A DNA stretch of 64,000 nt from Carpediemonas membranifera BICM. Taxonomy: Eukaryota > Protista > Fornicata. Of the stretch, positions 53,801 through 62,886 are shown in pieces. Under the pieces are notes generated by a model. It saw nothing but the letters and a program-made list of their open reading frames with translations. It ran no database searches and had not been told where the DNA came from. Position numbers and translations under genes: made by a program. Numbering within the stretch: the first letter of the stretch is position 1; each line of letters begins with the position of its first letter. The stretch covers positions 115,509-179,508 of the forward strand of contig JAHDYR010000029.1 of the NCBI GenBank assembly GCA_019828565.1, given 5' to 3'.

Positions 53801-55628
53801 GGTCAGCCAGACAACCGTCCCTCGGGGCGAGGCTGCGGAGGCTAAGCCCATCAGGAACACGATCCGGGTGAGCTCGTCCGACATCTCCCCCACTGCCCGG
53901 GCCAGACCCATTGACCGGGCCGTGCGGGTGTCCCAGCCTGTCCTCGACATGACCGTTTCCAGCGCCCCTGCCCCGATGGCGAAGTCTGTCCGGGTTTCCC
54001 AGGCCGTGTTTGACCTGGCAGCCCCGCCCGCCGAGGACCTCAGTGGTCCTATCGGCCACTCCGTCCGGGTGTCGCAGCCCGTGCTCGACATCGAGACCCA
54101 GCCCGGCGAGGCGATCAGTGGGCCCATCGGCCACTCGGTCCGCGTCTCCCAGCCTGTCCTTGACGGTCCCCTCCCTATTGCCTCGGCCGACATCCCCATG
54201 AGCTCTCCAGTCGAGCTCGCCCAGTCGATGCCGCCATCCACCTCGGTCTCCCGGATCCACACGCCTGGTCCCGCTGCCGTTGTCAGTGCAGTGAATGGTC
54301 GGCACCCAGCCCTCGTCGGCGGGCCCAGGACCATCCGGAACCCGAGTGTGTCGGCCTCGATGCGCGGTGCCAGCGTCCTCGCAGACAGGCCGACCCGCAT
54401 GTACACGGGGCAGCCGGTGAAGGCATCGACCATGGCGAGCCCCCGCCCCCTGCGGTCCTTGCAGGGCGCACATGGGCTTGTGGACGCCCGCATACCGAGT
54501 GTGCCCGACCTGCACGCTCCGGCCGCCGACCTCGAGGCACCGAGAGATCTCGAGGCCACCGCCGAGTCGACCCTGCCTGAGGCGATCGCCATTGACCGCT
54601 CCGAGGACTCCGAGCCCGAGCCCCTCATCCCGGAGTCCGACAGTTCCCCCCAGGAGCCCGACTTCAGCGTCACGGTCACCCAGTCGATCGACATGCCGCA
54701 CCCCGACCTCGTTGTCCTGCAGCCACGGGTCCCTAGGGCCCGTAAACTGCTCGAAATGGAGGGCCATCCCCGCCATGAGATCCGCGTGCCGTCCCCCACC
54801 AGGCCCAGGCCACTCCAGTCGGCCATGAAGCAGCGCGACGAGAGTGAGATCACGATCCCCAACCCGCCCCGCCGTGTACGGATCCAGACGACGAAGCTGC
54901 CCAGCGCGCGGGTGGAGATCGAGCAGCACAAGATGCCCGAGGGCATGGATCGCCCCCGCACCGCCCCAGGCCTCAACGCCTTCGTCGCCCCTGCCTCCCG
55001 GGACGCACAGATGGTAGCCATGGCAGTGCACAGCGAGAACATCCGGTCCCAACCGCCGTCGGTCTGGCCGTCGCGTGCGGTCACCCCGATGTCGACTCGG
55101 GCCGAGTCGGTCGTTGCGAGGGCACCCGAGTACTACCCGACCGAGGAGCTGCCTCTAGACGAGCCCGACGACCTCCAGGACCGCTGGGCGGCCATGAAGG
55201 CGTCGTCGGCCGCCGCGACGCCCCAGAGCCAGGCCCCCGCGACACCCGCCCCGCCGAGCCCCGAGGCTGATGAGGCTGTGTCCCGCCCGATGTCGACCGA
55301 ACCCACCGAGATTCTGGTCCCGTCACTGTCGGCCTCTCTTAAGGGCCCCAATGCCAAGGAGGAGCCCACGCCGACGATCCCCGAGCCAGAGGAGGCCGAT
55401 GCTGACGACGAGAGCGAGCCCGTTGCTCTCCCGCCGTCTCCACCGATGACTGAGGTCAAGCAGGTCTCGACCCACGATACCGTCAAGGGCCTCCTCAGGA
55501 AGCCCGCGCCCCGTGGCCGCCGCCTGACCGAGCGCCAGTGGAGCACACCCAGTGGCGTTGCCCGCATGCCGTCGATGCCCAACAGCGTGCTCGACCGTGT
55601 CCGGGGCATCCTGGGCTCCCCCATGTGA
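47829..55628 (+). CDS. Giant (~2600 aa) membrane-anchored, disordered Pro/Ser-rich repeat protein
   Basis: N-terminal hydrophobic anchor followed by RRKKRK; frame stays open through all repeats; TGTAAA after the stop. Confidence 0.85.
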   Translation: MVEVLDAVVISGSITILLLILVLAFFLTCSLVFLVMFCSIHFLIRRKKRKILNPNRSAQQAQSADVQQTAGLAESPVSQSQPSEYAEEYPPVEDMAELPGVVADVAAAPVIMHPMSYRGDFTPPESPTPAEPVKKAVPKRDEADDIRPGVVVSDAVAQPHPEEIKPASPGPAAKRSVRFGDELVAETVTEDAVAQPHPEEIKPASPGPAAKQPVRFGDELVAEVVTDNAMPRGPRLDEIRPSSPNPAAKRPVNFGDELVAEAVTDDHMPVDDDVDEIRASPSPAHPMSFVDDLETAAADSRSAVKSAVQMDGSHDVGAIRPGVVVSDAVSHAQPGEIRPDSPGPAAKQPVRFGDELVAEVVTDNAMPRGPRLDEIRPSSPNPAAKSDSAEFSSAVRSTVQTAQMDGMRDMGAIRPGVVVSDAVSHAQPGEIRPDSPGPAAKQPVRFGDELVAEVVTDNAMPRGPRLDEIRPSSPNPAAKSDSAEFSSAVRSTVQTAQMDGMRDMGAIRPGVVVSDAVSHAQPGEIRPDSPGPAAKQPVRFGDELVAEVVTDNAMPRGPRLDEIRPSSPNPAAKSDSAEFSSAVRSTVQTAQMDGMRDMGAIRPGVVVSDAVSHAQPGEIRPDSPGPAAKQPVRFGDELVAEVVTDNAMPRGPRLDEIRPSSPNPAAKSDSAEFSSAVRSTVQTAQMDGMRDMGAIRPGVVVSDAVSHAQPGEIRPDSPGPAAKQPVRFGDELVAEVVTDNAMPRGPRLDEIRPSSPNPAAKSDSAEFSSAVRSTVQTAQMDGMRDMGAIRPGVVVSDAVSHAQPGEIRPDSPGPAAKQPVRFGDELVAEVVTDNAMPRGPRLDEIRPSSPNPAAKSDSAEFSSAVRSTVQTAQMDGMRDMGAIRPGVVVSDAVSHAQPGEIRPDSPGPAAKQPVRFGDELVAEVVTDNAMPRGPRLDEIRPSSPNPAAKRPVNFGDELVAEAVTDDHMPVDDDVDEIRASPSPAHPMSFVDDLETAAADSRSAVKSAVQMDGSHDVGAIRPGVVVSDAVSHAQPGEIRPDSPGPAAKQPVRFGDELVAEVVTDNAMPRGPRLDEIRPSSPNPAAKSDSAEFSSAVRSTVQTAQMDGMRDMGAIRPGVVVSDAVSHAQPGEIRPDSPGPAAKQPVRFGDELVAEVVTDNAMPRGPRLDEIRPSSPNPAAKSDSAEFSSAVRSTVQTAQMDGMRDMGAIRPGVVVSDAVSHAQPGEIRPDSPGPAAKQPVRFGDELVAEVVTDNAMPRGPRLDEIRPSSPNPAAKSDSAEFSSAVRSTVQTAQMDGMRDMGAIRPGVVVSDAVSHAQPGEIRPDSPGPAAKQPVRFGDELVAEVVTDNAMPRGPRLDEIRPSSPNPAAKSDSAEFSSAVRSTVQTAQMDGMRDMGAIRPGVVVSDAVSHAQPGEIRPDSPGPAAKQPVRFGDELVAEVVTDNAMPRGPRLDEIRPSSPNPAAKSDSAEFSSAVRSTVQTAQMDGMRDMGAIRPGVVVSDAVSHAQPGEIRPDSPGPAAKQPVRFGDELVAEVVTDNAMPRGPRLDEIRPSSPNPAAKSDSAEFSSAVRSTVQTAQMDGMRDMGAIRPGVVVSDAVSHAQPGEIRPDSPGPAAKQPVRFGDELVAEVVTDNAMPRGPRLDEIRPSSPNPAAKSDSAEFSSAVRSTVQTAQMDGMRDMGAIRPGVVVSDAVSHAQPGEIRPDSPALATKVDSDVPSVRPTVQAAQMDGTRPVKAIRPGGVVVTSAVSDSPKLDEIRPDSPSPAEKQPVSFGSEVVPGVIETDEMMPTSRLDEIRPASPKETGPPALDFGTAVRPTVAVIMDAKGDEEPTKPTVFGEPRTIGETVARPTSWTTASIPRPAPTRTQPEPANVIVRPARDSMASSASQSAFTGHSAFIQIGRKPARDIAEMGTVDVEPVEPTRVGSPRESDVDDEQEDASPALSHQYTNDEAFISKPRLSSEAMSPRASPELSMRPVLATDVQPAWMEAPRPSQQALKVSQTTVPRGEAAEAKPIRNTIRVSSSDISPTARARPIDRAVRVSQPVLDMTVSSAPAPMAKSVRVSQAVFDLAAPPAEDLSGPIGHSVRVSQPVLDIETQPGEAISGPIGHSVRVSQPVLDGPLPIASADIPMSSPVELAQSMPPSTSVSRIHTPGPAAVVSAVNGRHPALVGGPRTIRNPSVSASMRGASVLADRPTRMYTGQPVKASTMASPRPLRSLQGAHGLVDARIPSVPDLHAPAADLEAPRDLEATAESTLPEAIAIDRSEDSEPEPLIPESDSSPQEPDFSVTVTQSIDMPHPDLVVLQPRVPRARKLLEMEGHPRHEIRVPSPTRPRPLQSAMKQRDESEITIPNPPRRVRIQTTKLPSARVEIEQHKMPEGMDRPRTAPGLNAFVAPASRDAQMVAMAVHSENIRSQPPSVWPSRAVTPMSTRAESVVARAPEYYPTEELPLDEPDDLQDRWAAMKASSAAATPQSQAPATPAPPSPEADEAVSRPMSTEPTEILVPSLSASLKGPNAKEEPTPTIPEPEEADADDESEPVALPPSPPMTEVKQVSTHDTVKGLLRKPAPRGRRLTERQWSTPSGVARMPSMPNSVLDRVRGILGSPM
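48260..53210 (+). repeat. Coding tandem repeat: 282-bp (94-aa) units organised in a 2100-bp higher-order repeat (6 x 282 + 408-bp variant)
   Basis: Shadow ORFs recur every 282 bp (48849, 49131...). The variant unit recurs at 48760 and 50860. Confidence 0.97.
53795..54165 (+). repeat. Degenerate ~20-aa coding repeat (S/A)VRVSQPVLD, 4 clear and 2 weak copies
   Basis: RAVRVSQPVLD, KSVRVSQAVFD and HSVRVSQPVLD x2 in the translation. Confidence 0.75.
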
Positions 55629-55878
55629 ACAGTAGATGATATATGAGGCGCAATTTATACATGTAAAATACTTTGCTTTTCCTCCTGCTCCAAGCTGTCT
55701 GAGGTTGCAATATCGGACCTCTGAAGAAGCATTGCCTACAAGTCGGTGCTCAGCGGCAAGGCAGGGCCTATGCCCATCATCTAAAGGCTGATCGTGTACA
55801 CACTTTCGTATTTATGGTGGCGTTGTATGTATCACGTAATTCGAACTCCGCGAGTTGGAAAACCTCTATACCTCTATA

Positions 55879-56829
55879 ATGGTCTCGAAGGGGGAAACAG
55901 TCATGGAGAATGCCAATCCGGAAATCACACCTCCAGAGAAGCGTATTCCAACAGATAGAGATCAATGCGAATCTTCTTTAACCAACAAGCGCAAAGCGAC
56001 AGATGTTGACTTCATGCAGGACTCAATTCCGGAAAACAAGCGCCCTACCAAAGCTCCTACTTCTCTAGACGTCCAATCAGTTGCATGCCCAGGTCCCGAG
56101 TCCGTGAATCCCGCAGTACCTTCTCCACCCACCGACAGCGTTCCCAAGGAGAACTCGGAGAGCACGCCCACTGAGTCAGCGGACAGCTCACTGATGCAGG
56201 AAGTCATTGACCAGTTCAACGAAGAGGACGGCCCGACTTACGAGGTCGAGGCCGTGCGACTGAGCCGATACAGCAGGAAGTGGCGGGAGTTCGAGTATCT
56301 TATCAAATGGAAGGGGTACCCGGAGTCCGAGAACTCGTGGGAGCCCGAGAGTAACCTTCATCCAGTGCTGGCGGCAGAGCAGCAGCGTCTCAGGCGCGAG
56401 AAGGAGGAGGCGGCGCGGCAGGCCAAGCTCGAGAAGCAGCTGGAGAAGGAGCGCAAGCGGCTGGCCAGGGAAAAGCGGGCACGGGCACGGGAGCAGGCCG
56501 AAGCCGAGCGGGCGGCGTCCTTGTCGAGCCGGCAGATCGCCAAGAAGGGGCGGGGCAACAAGTTCACGGTCGGTCTGAACGACGTCACCGAGATCCTCGG
56601 CTGCAGGAAGGCGTCCGACGGGTCCGTGGAGATGGCTGTAGTGACGAAGCATGGCCCCCAGCGCTACTGGGTGAGCTCCGGTCTCCTCGTCGAGCGGCTG
56701 CCGAAGCTGGTACTCGACTACTACCAGGCCCGCATCAGCTTTGGGCCCCGGGTGTCCCAGGCGTTGCAGGTCGGCCCAGCCGTGGAGGCGGACAAAGACA
56801 AGGGCGCGCCCTTTGTTGTCGAGCTGTGA
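55879..56829 (+). CDS. HP1/Swi6-like chromodomain + chromo-shadow protein
   Basis: YEVEAV...EYLIKWKGYPESENSWEPESNL (aromatic cage intact); basic hinge; EILGC...LPKLVLDYYQARISF shadow domain. Confidence 0.85.
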   Translation: MVSKGETVMENANPEITPPEKRIPTDRDQCESSLTNKRKATDVDFMQDSIPENKRPTKAPTSLDVQSVACPGPESVNPAVPSPPTDSVPKENSESTPTESADSSLMQEVIDQFNEEDGPTYEVEAVRLSRYSRKWREFEYLIKWKGYPESENSWEPESNLHPVLAAEQQRLRREKEEAARQAKLEKQLEKERKRLAREKRARAREQAEAERAASLSSRQIAKKGRGNKFTVGLNDVTEILGCRKASDGSVEMAVVTKHGPQRYWVSSGLLVERLPKLVLDYYQARISFGPRVSQALQVGPAVEADKDKGAPFVVEL

Positions 56830-56933
56830 CAGTGAGTCCCGGCGTGTGGCTTGCGGGGTGGGCACGCGTGCTCTTGTAAAATGATATGGTGGCATGCCCC
56901 GTTTAATACTACTGCCCACAACCGCCTTACCGC

Positions 56934-59486
56934 TCACGTTCTCAGTGCTTGGGCGATCCTGTGTGCCGCATCGAATATCTGCGGGAACAGCGCGCCCACC
57001 GACTCCTGGATCAGCGACCGGAAGTGCTCCACGGCCCTCTCGTCAGGCAGACCGAACTGGAACTTCTCCTCGAGCTTGGCGAAGTGGTTGACGGCGTCCT
57101 CGCAGATGACGGCGATGCTGCTGCTGCTCATTATTTCGAACACCGATATGAACATGTTGGCATGCCTCCTCAGAATGTTATACGCCTCGCAGCACAAGGT
57201 CTGGAACTCTTGGTACTGCGGCGACGCCGGCCCGCCCATGCCATCGACCATGGCCCGACTAATCTTCATGGGGGGCGAGAACGGCTTCGGGTCTCGCCCC
57301 AGGATGAAACCGAAGTCAATGTGGAACAGCTTGGCGTCGGGCTTGAGCATAATGTTCTCGAGATGGCGGTCGCCCACGCCGAGGAGGTACGTAGCGACGC
57401 AGTAGCCCGCACATGACCTGACGTACCGCGACATGGCCTCCTCTGAGATGCGCCACGTCTCCCGGTCGCCGTCCTTCTCCCTCAGCGCCGGGATGGACTG
57501 GAAGTAGCGGGTGATGCTCTTGCTGTCCCGCAGCACAGAGTCCAGGTCGACCGAGGGCGTCACGAGCTCCACCATGCCACCAGTGGGGGACGTCGCGATG
57601 GTCCCGTACGGTGTGAGGCAGAGGTCGAGATTCTCCTTCTTGAGGAGCCGGTCCATGACCTGCAGCAGCTGCAGCACCAGCTGGTCCTGTCTCACGTCGT
57701 CTCCGCACTTCACCATCACAGGCACCGCGTGGTTGCCACCGCTGATGGCGTCCAGGCGCATAGGCTGCTTCGCTGACTTGAAGATGTGCCCGTGCGTCGG
57801 GTCGAATCCGGTCAGTCGCCGGTCTGACAGCAGCGGCAACGTGACGGGGGGCCGGCTGCCGAGGTCGAACTCGTTGGCCGCCACCATCTCTCGCATGAGC
57901 TCAATGCGGCGGGGTCTGGACTCCTTGTTGGCTCTGAGCTTGGCCGTAAACTGCTCGATGTCTTCCACAAGACGTCGTTGCCCGAGGATGTCTGCCTTCG
58001 TCTCTGGGTAGTCGTCGAGCCGCTCCAGCATGTAATCCAGTACCGCGGCGAAGACCTCGCCGTTGGGGCTGGCCGCCTCGACCGAAAGCACCCAGTAGAG
58101 CCTGGTCGCTAGGTCCAGCGAGACGCAGCACCGGTCAACTACGGCCCGCCCGATGGAGTGGTCCGAGAGGGGCGCGTGGTCGAAGCGGGCGGCATGGGCG
58201 AGCTGGGGGATGAATAGTTCGATGACGTCGAGATGTGCCGTCCGGAACTGCCGGGCGGCCAGTGCCCGGACCCACGGCGCCATTTCCGCGAACTGCGGCG
58301 TCAGCAGCTCCAGCATGGTCACCGCCTGCCACCCGCTGCCGACCCGCCACTCTGCCACGACGGCCTCGGCCTCGGCCACCTGAGCTGGGTCTGTCCAGTC
58401 GACGATGCGGAGGAAGCGGGGCAGAGCCGCGGGGTTGCTGCTGAGCCAGTACCGCAGGCCCCAGCACAGGGCGGCCTGCAGCTCGGTCGGGGGCCTGCTA
58501 GGGGCAGCGCGGAGGTAGTCGGTGATGGCTTGGCGCTCCTTGGAGGTGGGCTGCCGGCCCCTCGCGTCTGTGCCACTGTCTGCCAGGATGCGCTCGACGG
58601 ACACGAAGAAATTCTCCTCCGGGGCGGGCTGGGGGTCTTGTGTGTTGCACGCAGGGTCCACCGGCAGGGTCGGCGCCAGACCGCCAAAGTACGACTGCCG
58701 CGACTTCTTGCCCTCCTGGTAGCTGTCCTGCATGAACACCACGCGGTGCTCGGTCTCTGGAAACGACACGATCAGCCCGCAGTCCCCGCCAACCTCGGCC
58801 CGGGCAAGCTGCTGGATGCGCATGGCCGTCAGCTGGTTCAGCCAGCCGTCGTGCTTCACCCAGTACTCCGAGGGCCGGCCCTTCTTGTCCAGCCCGTGCG
58901 CCTTGAGGATCTTCTCGGTTAGGTTGAGCTCCGTGCTCGTCGCCGTCAGCCCAGGCGTGCCCTGGGGCCCGCAGTCGGCTACCCGCCCCGGGTGCATGCG
59001 GAGCTTCACCTTGCCGCACTGCACAAGGTTCTTTCGCGAGAACACGGGCACGGTTGTTCCGCCCACCACGACGGCCGCTGAGGGCGACGAGACGTCCCAC
59101 ACAGTGAAGGCCGCCATGCAGTGGAGCGGCGTATCCCGGATGAGCATGTCAAAGCATACGGTCGTGCCCCACGTGGCCTCCGTTTCGTGGAGCTCTGCGG
59201 GCTCCGTGACTGTCGCCTGCGTCAGGGGGATGCCGTGCTCGAGCAGCTGAGCAGAGATAACCAAGCATGCTGGTGACCTGTGTTATTACGGTGTTGATGT
59301 GTGACACATACCGCCTTAGTAACCTCTCACGGGCAATATCGACCTCGGGAGGGAGGTTTAAGAGTGAATGGAGATCTCCCTCAAGAGCTTCGCTGCGTAA
59401 GTTACTGGAGATGAACCAAACATCTTAATTGTAACGGCTTCTTTCACATCCGCGGTGTAAAAGTACCTTCCCCCGGCGTCACTCAT
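56934..59486 (-). CDS. VPS34: Class III phosphatidylinositol 3-kinase Vps34; introns 59393-59421 and 59278-59311
   Basis: Spliced N-terminus MSDAGGRYFYTADV...KIEALEG. C2, helical and kinase domains with IFKSA, KCGDDVRQDQL, YLLGVGDRHLEN, HIDFGFILGRDPKP. Confidence 0.95.
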
Positions 59487-59557
59487 GGTTCGATAATGAT
59501 GAGCAGGCTAATCTGCGAAATCGGAATTTAAGCTATTTATGGGCGGCATATGACTGT

Positions 59558-60183
59558 CTACTTCTTCTTGCCTCCCTTGCGCTTACCGCCTAGACGCTTA
59601 GGAGTCGCTTTTGCAGCCTTAGTGGCGTCGAACCACCCGAGTCTGTCGAGGCGGCCGCCCTTGATCTCACCCTCGAGGAACGACACATAGCGCGGCATGT
59701 CCGCCTTCATAGCCCCGGGGACAGCGTTCATCACCTTGTCCATATTGCCGTCGTGCCTCTTGTATGCATCGAGGAGGTCACCCCGCTCATATGGGGCGAA
59801 CCCGTCCTTGGCGACGGACTCGTCCTTACGAGCAAAGAACGCCTCAATGTCGGACATCTTCAGCTGTGCGCCGCTGTAGATCTCACAACAGGCGGCAAGG
59901 GCCTCTGCCACGTCCAGGTCGTCGAATTCGGCAAGCGTGGTGCTGCCAGTGCGGTCGTACAGCTATGTGAGTGGTGTCGCTGGTAGCTCCAAACCTTGCG
60001 CTTTTCGTCGTCTGAGAGGATCTGGTATGCCTTGGTGATGTCGATGAAGAGCTTGGACGCCTCTGGGTCGCTGTTCTTGTCCGGGTGGCATGTGAGCGAC
60101 AGCGTACGGTATGCCTTCTTGATTGCAGCTGCTGAGCAGTCCTTGTCTATGTTTAACACATCATATAGCGATTCGCCCGCCAT
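59558..60183 (-). CDS. DnaJ-domain co-chaperone, DNAJC9-like; 32-nt intron at 59963-59994
   Basis: LYDVL...CHPDK...ILSDDEKRK|LYDRTG, then SDIEAF...ERGDLLDAYKRHDGNMDKVM. Confidence 0.88.
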
Positions 60184-60226
60184 TGCGCCAATATGCCAAC
60201 TGTCGCGGAGTTGGCATATTGGCGCA
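60184..60226. repeat. Perfect 18-bp inverted repeat (7-nt loop) abutting the DnaJ start codon
   Basis: TGCGCCAATATGCCAACT (60184-60201) / AGTTGGCATATTGGCGCA (60209-60226). Confidence 0.9.
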
Positions 60227-60452
60227 GTCGAAGAACAGCAATGGAACTGCCGGGTCACAACGTCTCAGCCGGCGCGGGGGAACCGGCTGTGTCGTGCAGG
60301 ATTCGGACCTGAGCCAGTCTCTGACGTTGTTGTGTTCAGATGTGCGGTCAGGTTGCCTGTCTGGTGGATTACTCGGGTGATGGAATAAAGGCAGGATTTT
60401 CGAACAATGGCCAGACCCGCTGGGCTTTATAATGATATTGCACGCCCGCCTC

Positions 60453-62697
60453 CTATGGTACGTGGTCCGCGAACATCTCGCAGACCATCGCCCGGCGGCT
60501 GTACTTCTCCCGCCAGCATGGGGCGAGCTCAGACACGGGCACGAAGTGGAAGAGGTCCTTGGGCACGCCCGTCCGCCGCTGGATCTCGTCGATAACGGGG
60601 CGGGGGTCCTCGTCGCCCGCGGCCGTGAATATGATCACCACCGCCGTCGGCCCGGCGAACGTCTCGCTCTGTGACAGCCCCGGGATCTCCCCCAGCGTCG
60701 AGATGATGCGGGTGAGGGAGACGGCGGCGTTGCCCAGCCTGACCGGGACGAACGACTGGCCCAGCAGCGCCAGGCCCCGGCTGCCGTTGATGAGCTGTGC
60801 GGTACGGTACATCGGCATGTGCGTCCCAATCAGCCTGTAGTTGTCGGGGGGCACCCGGTTGATGTAGCGGGTGAACATGAGGGGTCCGGCCACGGAGAGG
60901 TCTCCGCCCGGGGTGCCTCCCATGGACTGGCTCACCTGCTGCAGCCGGATGTACGACGTCTCGTGCGTGGGGAAGCACGTCACCTCCTTGCCCGTCATGG
61001 GGCCGAGACACAGCGACAGCCCCATCGTCTCGGGCGGGCCCAGGAACGTCACCACGCGGGCTCCGGTGAGGCGGGCGAGGTCTGTCATCGTCGCCTGGGT
61101 GGGCGTCGGCGAGCCCGGGCTGAGCGTGGTCACGACGACGCGGACGGACGAGAACGCGGGCTTGTGGCGGCCCTTGCAGCATCCGAAGATGCCCTTGCCC
61201 GCCGTGAGGCCGTCTGACTCGGCCTGGGAGATGAATACGTTCTCCACTGCGGATATCGGGGTGTACAGCACCGTGGCCCTGGATGTGGCCCTGATGGCGA
61301 TGGCCGGGTCCATCACGGCCTCCGACAGCAGCACGCAGTCCCCGGTCTGGATGGCCGTCTGGACAATGATGCGGCTGGCCCCGATGTTCAGCGGGAGCGG
61401 CAGGTAGACGACGTCCTGCCGGGTCTTGCAGCGGGTGTGGAACGACTGCTCTATGGGCGTGTGGGCTGTCACGTGGCCCGTGGGGGGTATCGTCGTGTCG
61501 GGGTACAGGGGGGCACCCACGCATGAGAACACGCGACACCGGATGTACGAGACCGCGCACATCAGAGCCCCGTGGGAGAACTCGATGCCCTCGAGGGTGC
61601 CCTGCTGGTGTGTCACGTCGAACACCACCGTGGCCGGATCCACCGGGGCGAGGGATGGCAGACCAAGGAGGGCCTCCTGCTCGGAGAAGGGGGCGCGCAT
61701 GAGCTCCTCGGGGGTGGCCGGCATGCGACCGAGAAGGGTAGCCCCGACGGACAACATCTGGGCCACAGACGCCAGCATAACTGTGTCGGTCGCCACAGGC
61801 GGGGCGTCCGCGCTGAAGCTGTCGCTGTCCTCAGAGTCAATGGAGTCGAACCAGCTGTCCTTGAACCCCGCGCCGTCCTCGGTGACAGAGGCCGCCACGT
61901 ACCTCGTATGACTCGGGAAGGCGAAGCTGTCGGCGCCTGAGAAGGACGCCCCCTCGTCCTCCGGGATCTCGACCACTATGGAGTCGGGGTCGGACCCGGC
62001 GTCGGCGACCCCATCAGAGGCCCACCCCATGCCGGTGTCCAGCTGCAGCACGTGTGACAGACGAACCGCCCGCCCGTCCCGGTCGACCACGGCGTGGTTC
62101 TTGCGGAAATAGTCTGGATCCTGGGCGACCGATTCGACTGAGGGCACGCCGGTGAGCACGACGGCGGGGGGGCGGCACTGGCACCGGCTAAGAACGCTAA
62201 GGACAAGCGACGCGTCGCTCGGGGATGCCAGAATCATGGCCGGCTGCAAGGAACGGACTACGTGGCGGAGAAGGGTGAGGCGGGGGTTGGGCGGCAGGGC
62301 GATGGTAACGGCGCCAAAGACCATGCAGGCTGTGTCGAAAAGCACGTGGTCTGCGCAGTTGGGGGCCATGATCACGACCCTGTCTCCCTTCTGGAGATCA
62401 ACGGCGACGAACGCGAGCATGAAGGTGTAGAGTCTCTCTGCGAAATCGGCGAACGAACCGATGCCGTTCCTTGAGCTCGACATTGTGTCCAAAAACGGAC
62501 ATTCGGGGAAATTACGGAAAGAAGAGAAGACAGAGGACCGTACTGTCCTCCGTGCCACGTTAGAATAGGACTCATGGGAGCCTGTATTAGATCTTGATGG
62601 GAAACAAACCCTGAGGACATTCATCGTTTCGGTCCTTCATGTAGCATGGAACATCGAGAAACGCGCCAACTGACGACGTTCTTCGCGTTGAGCTCAT
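60453..62697 (-). CDS. AMP-binding (long-chain acyl-CoA synthetase-like) protein with degenerate P-loop; 28-nt intron at 62582-62609
   Basis: LQKGDRVVIMAPNC...FDTACM..GAVTIAL; DPATVVF...GIEFSHGAL; YLPL; GDLSVAGPLMFTRY. The intron links to an in-frame ATG at 62697. Confidence 0.75.
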
Positions 62698-62886
62698 TTA
62701 GGTTGGGGTGCCGAGCGAATACAGCAGAATTAGACCAGTCGCGGTCGGTCGAAATCCGGTGGGGACTGAAGCATATGGCGGACCCTGCATGCCCTCGGTA
62801 GTGGTTGCCACAGTATTGTGGGACAAAAACGCGATCATAACCTCTATCCTCACCTACCCCATCCTTCCGATCAGTTTAAAGTTGCG

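Noticed and set aside
48760-55084. Long alternative-frame and antisense ORFs (676, 727, 665 and 432 aa), and similar shadow ORFs over Prx, dynamin, CCT2 and Sin3
   Set aside because: Expected by-products of high GC3 codon bias and of stop-free repeat units; no independent family motifs.
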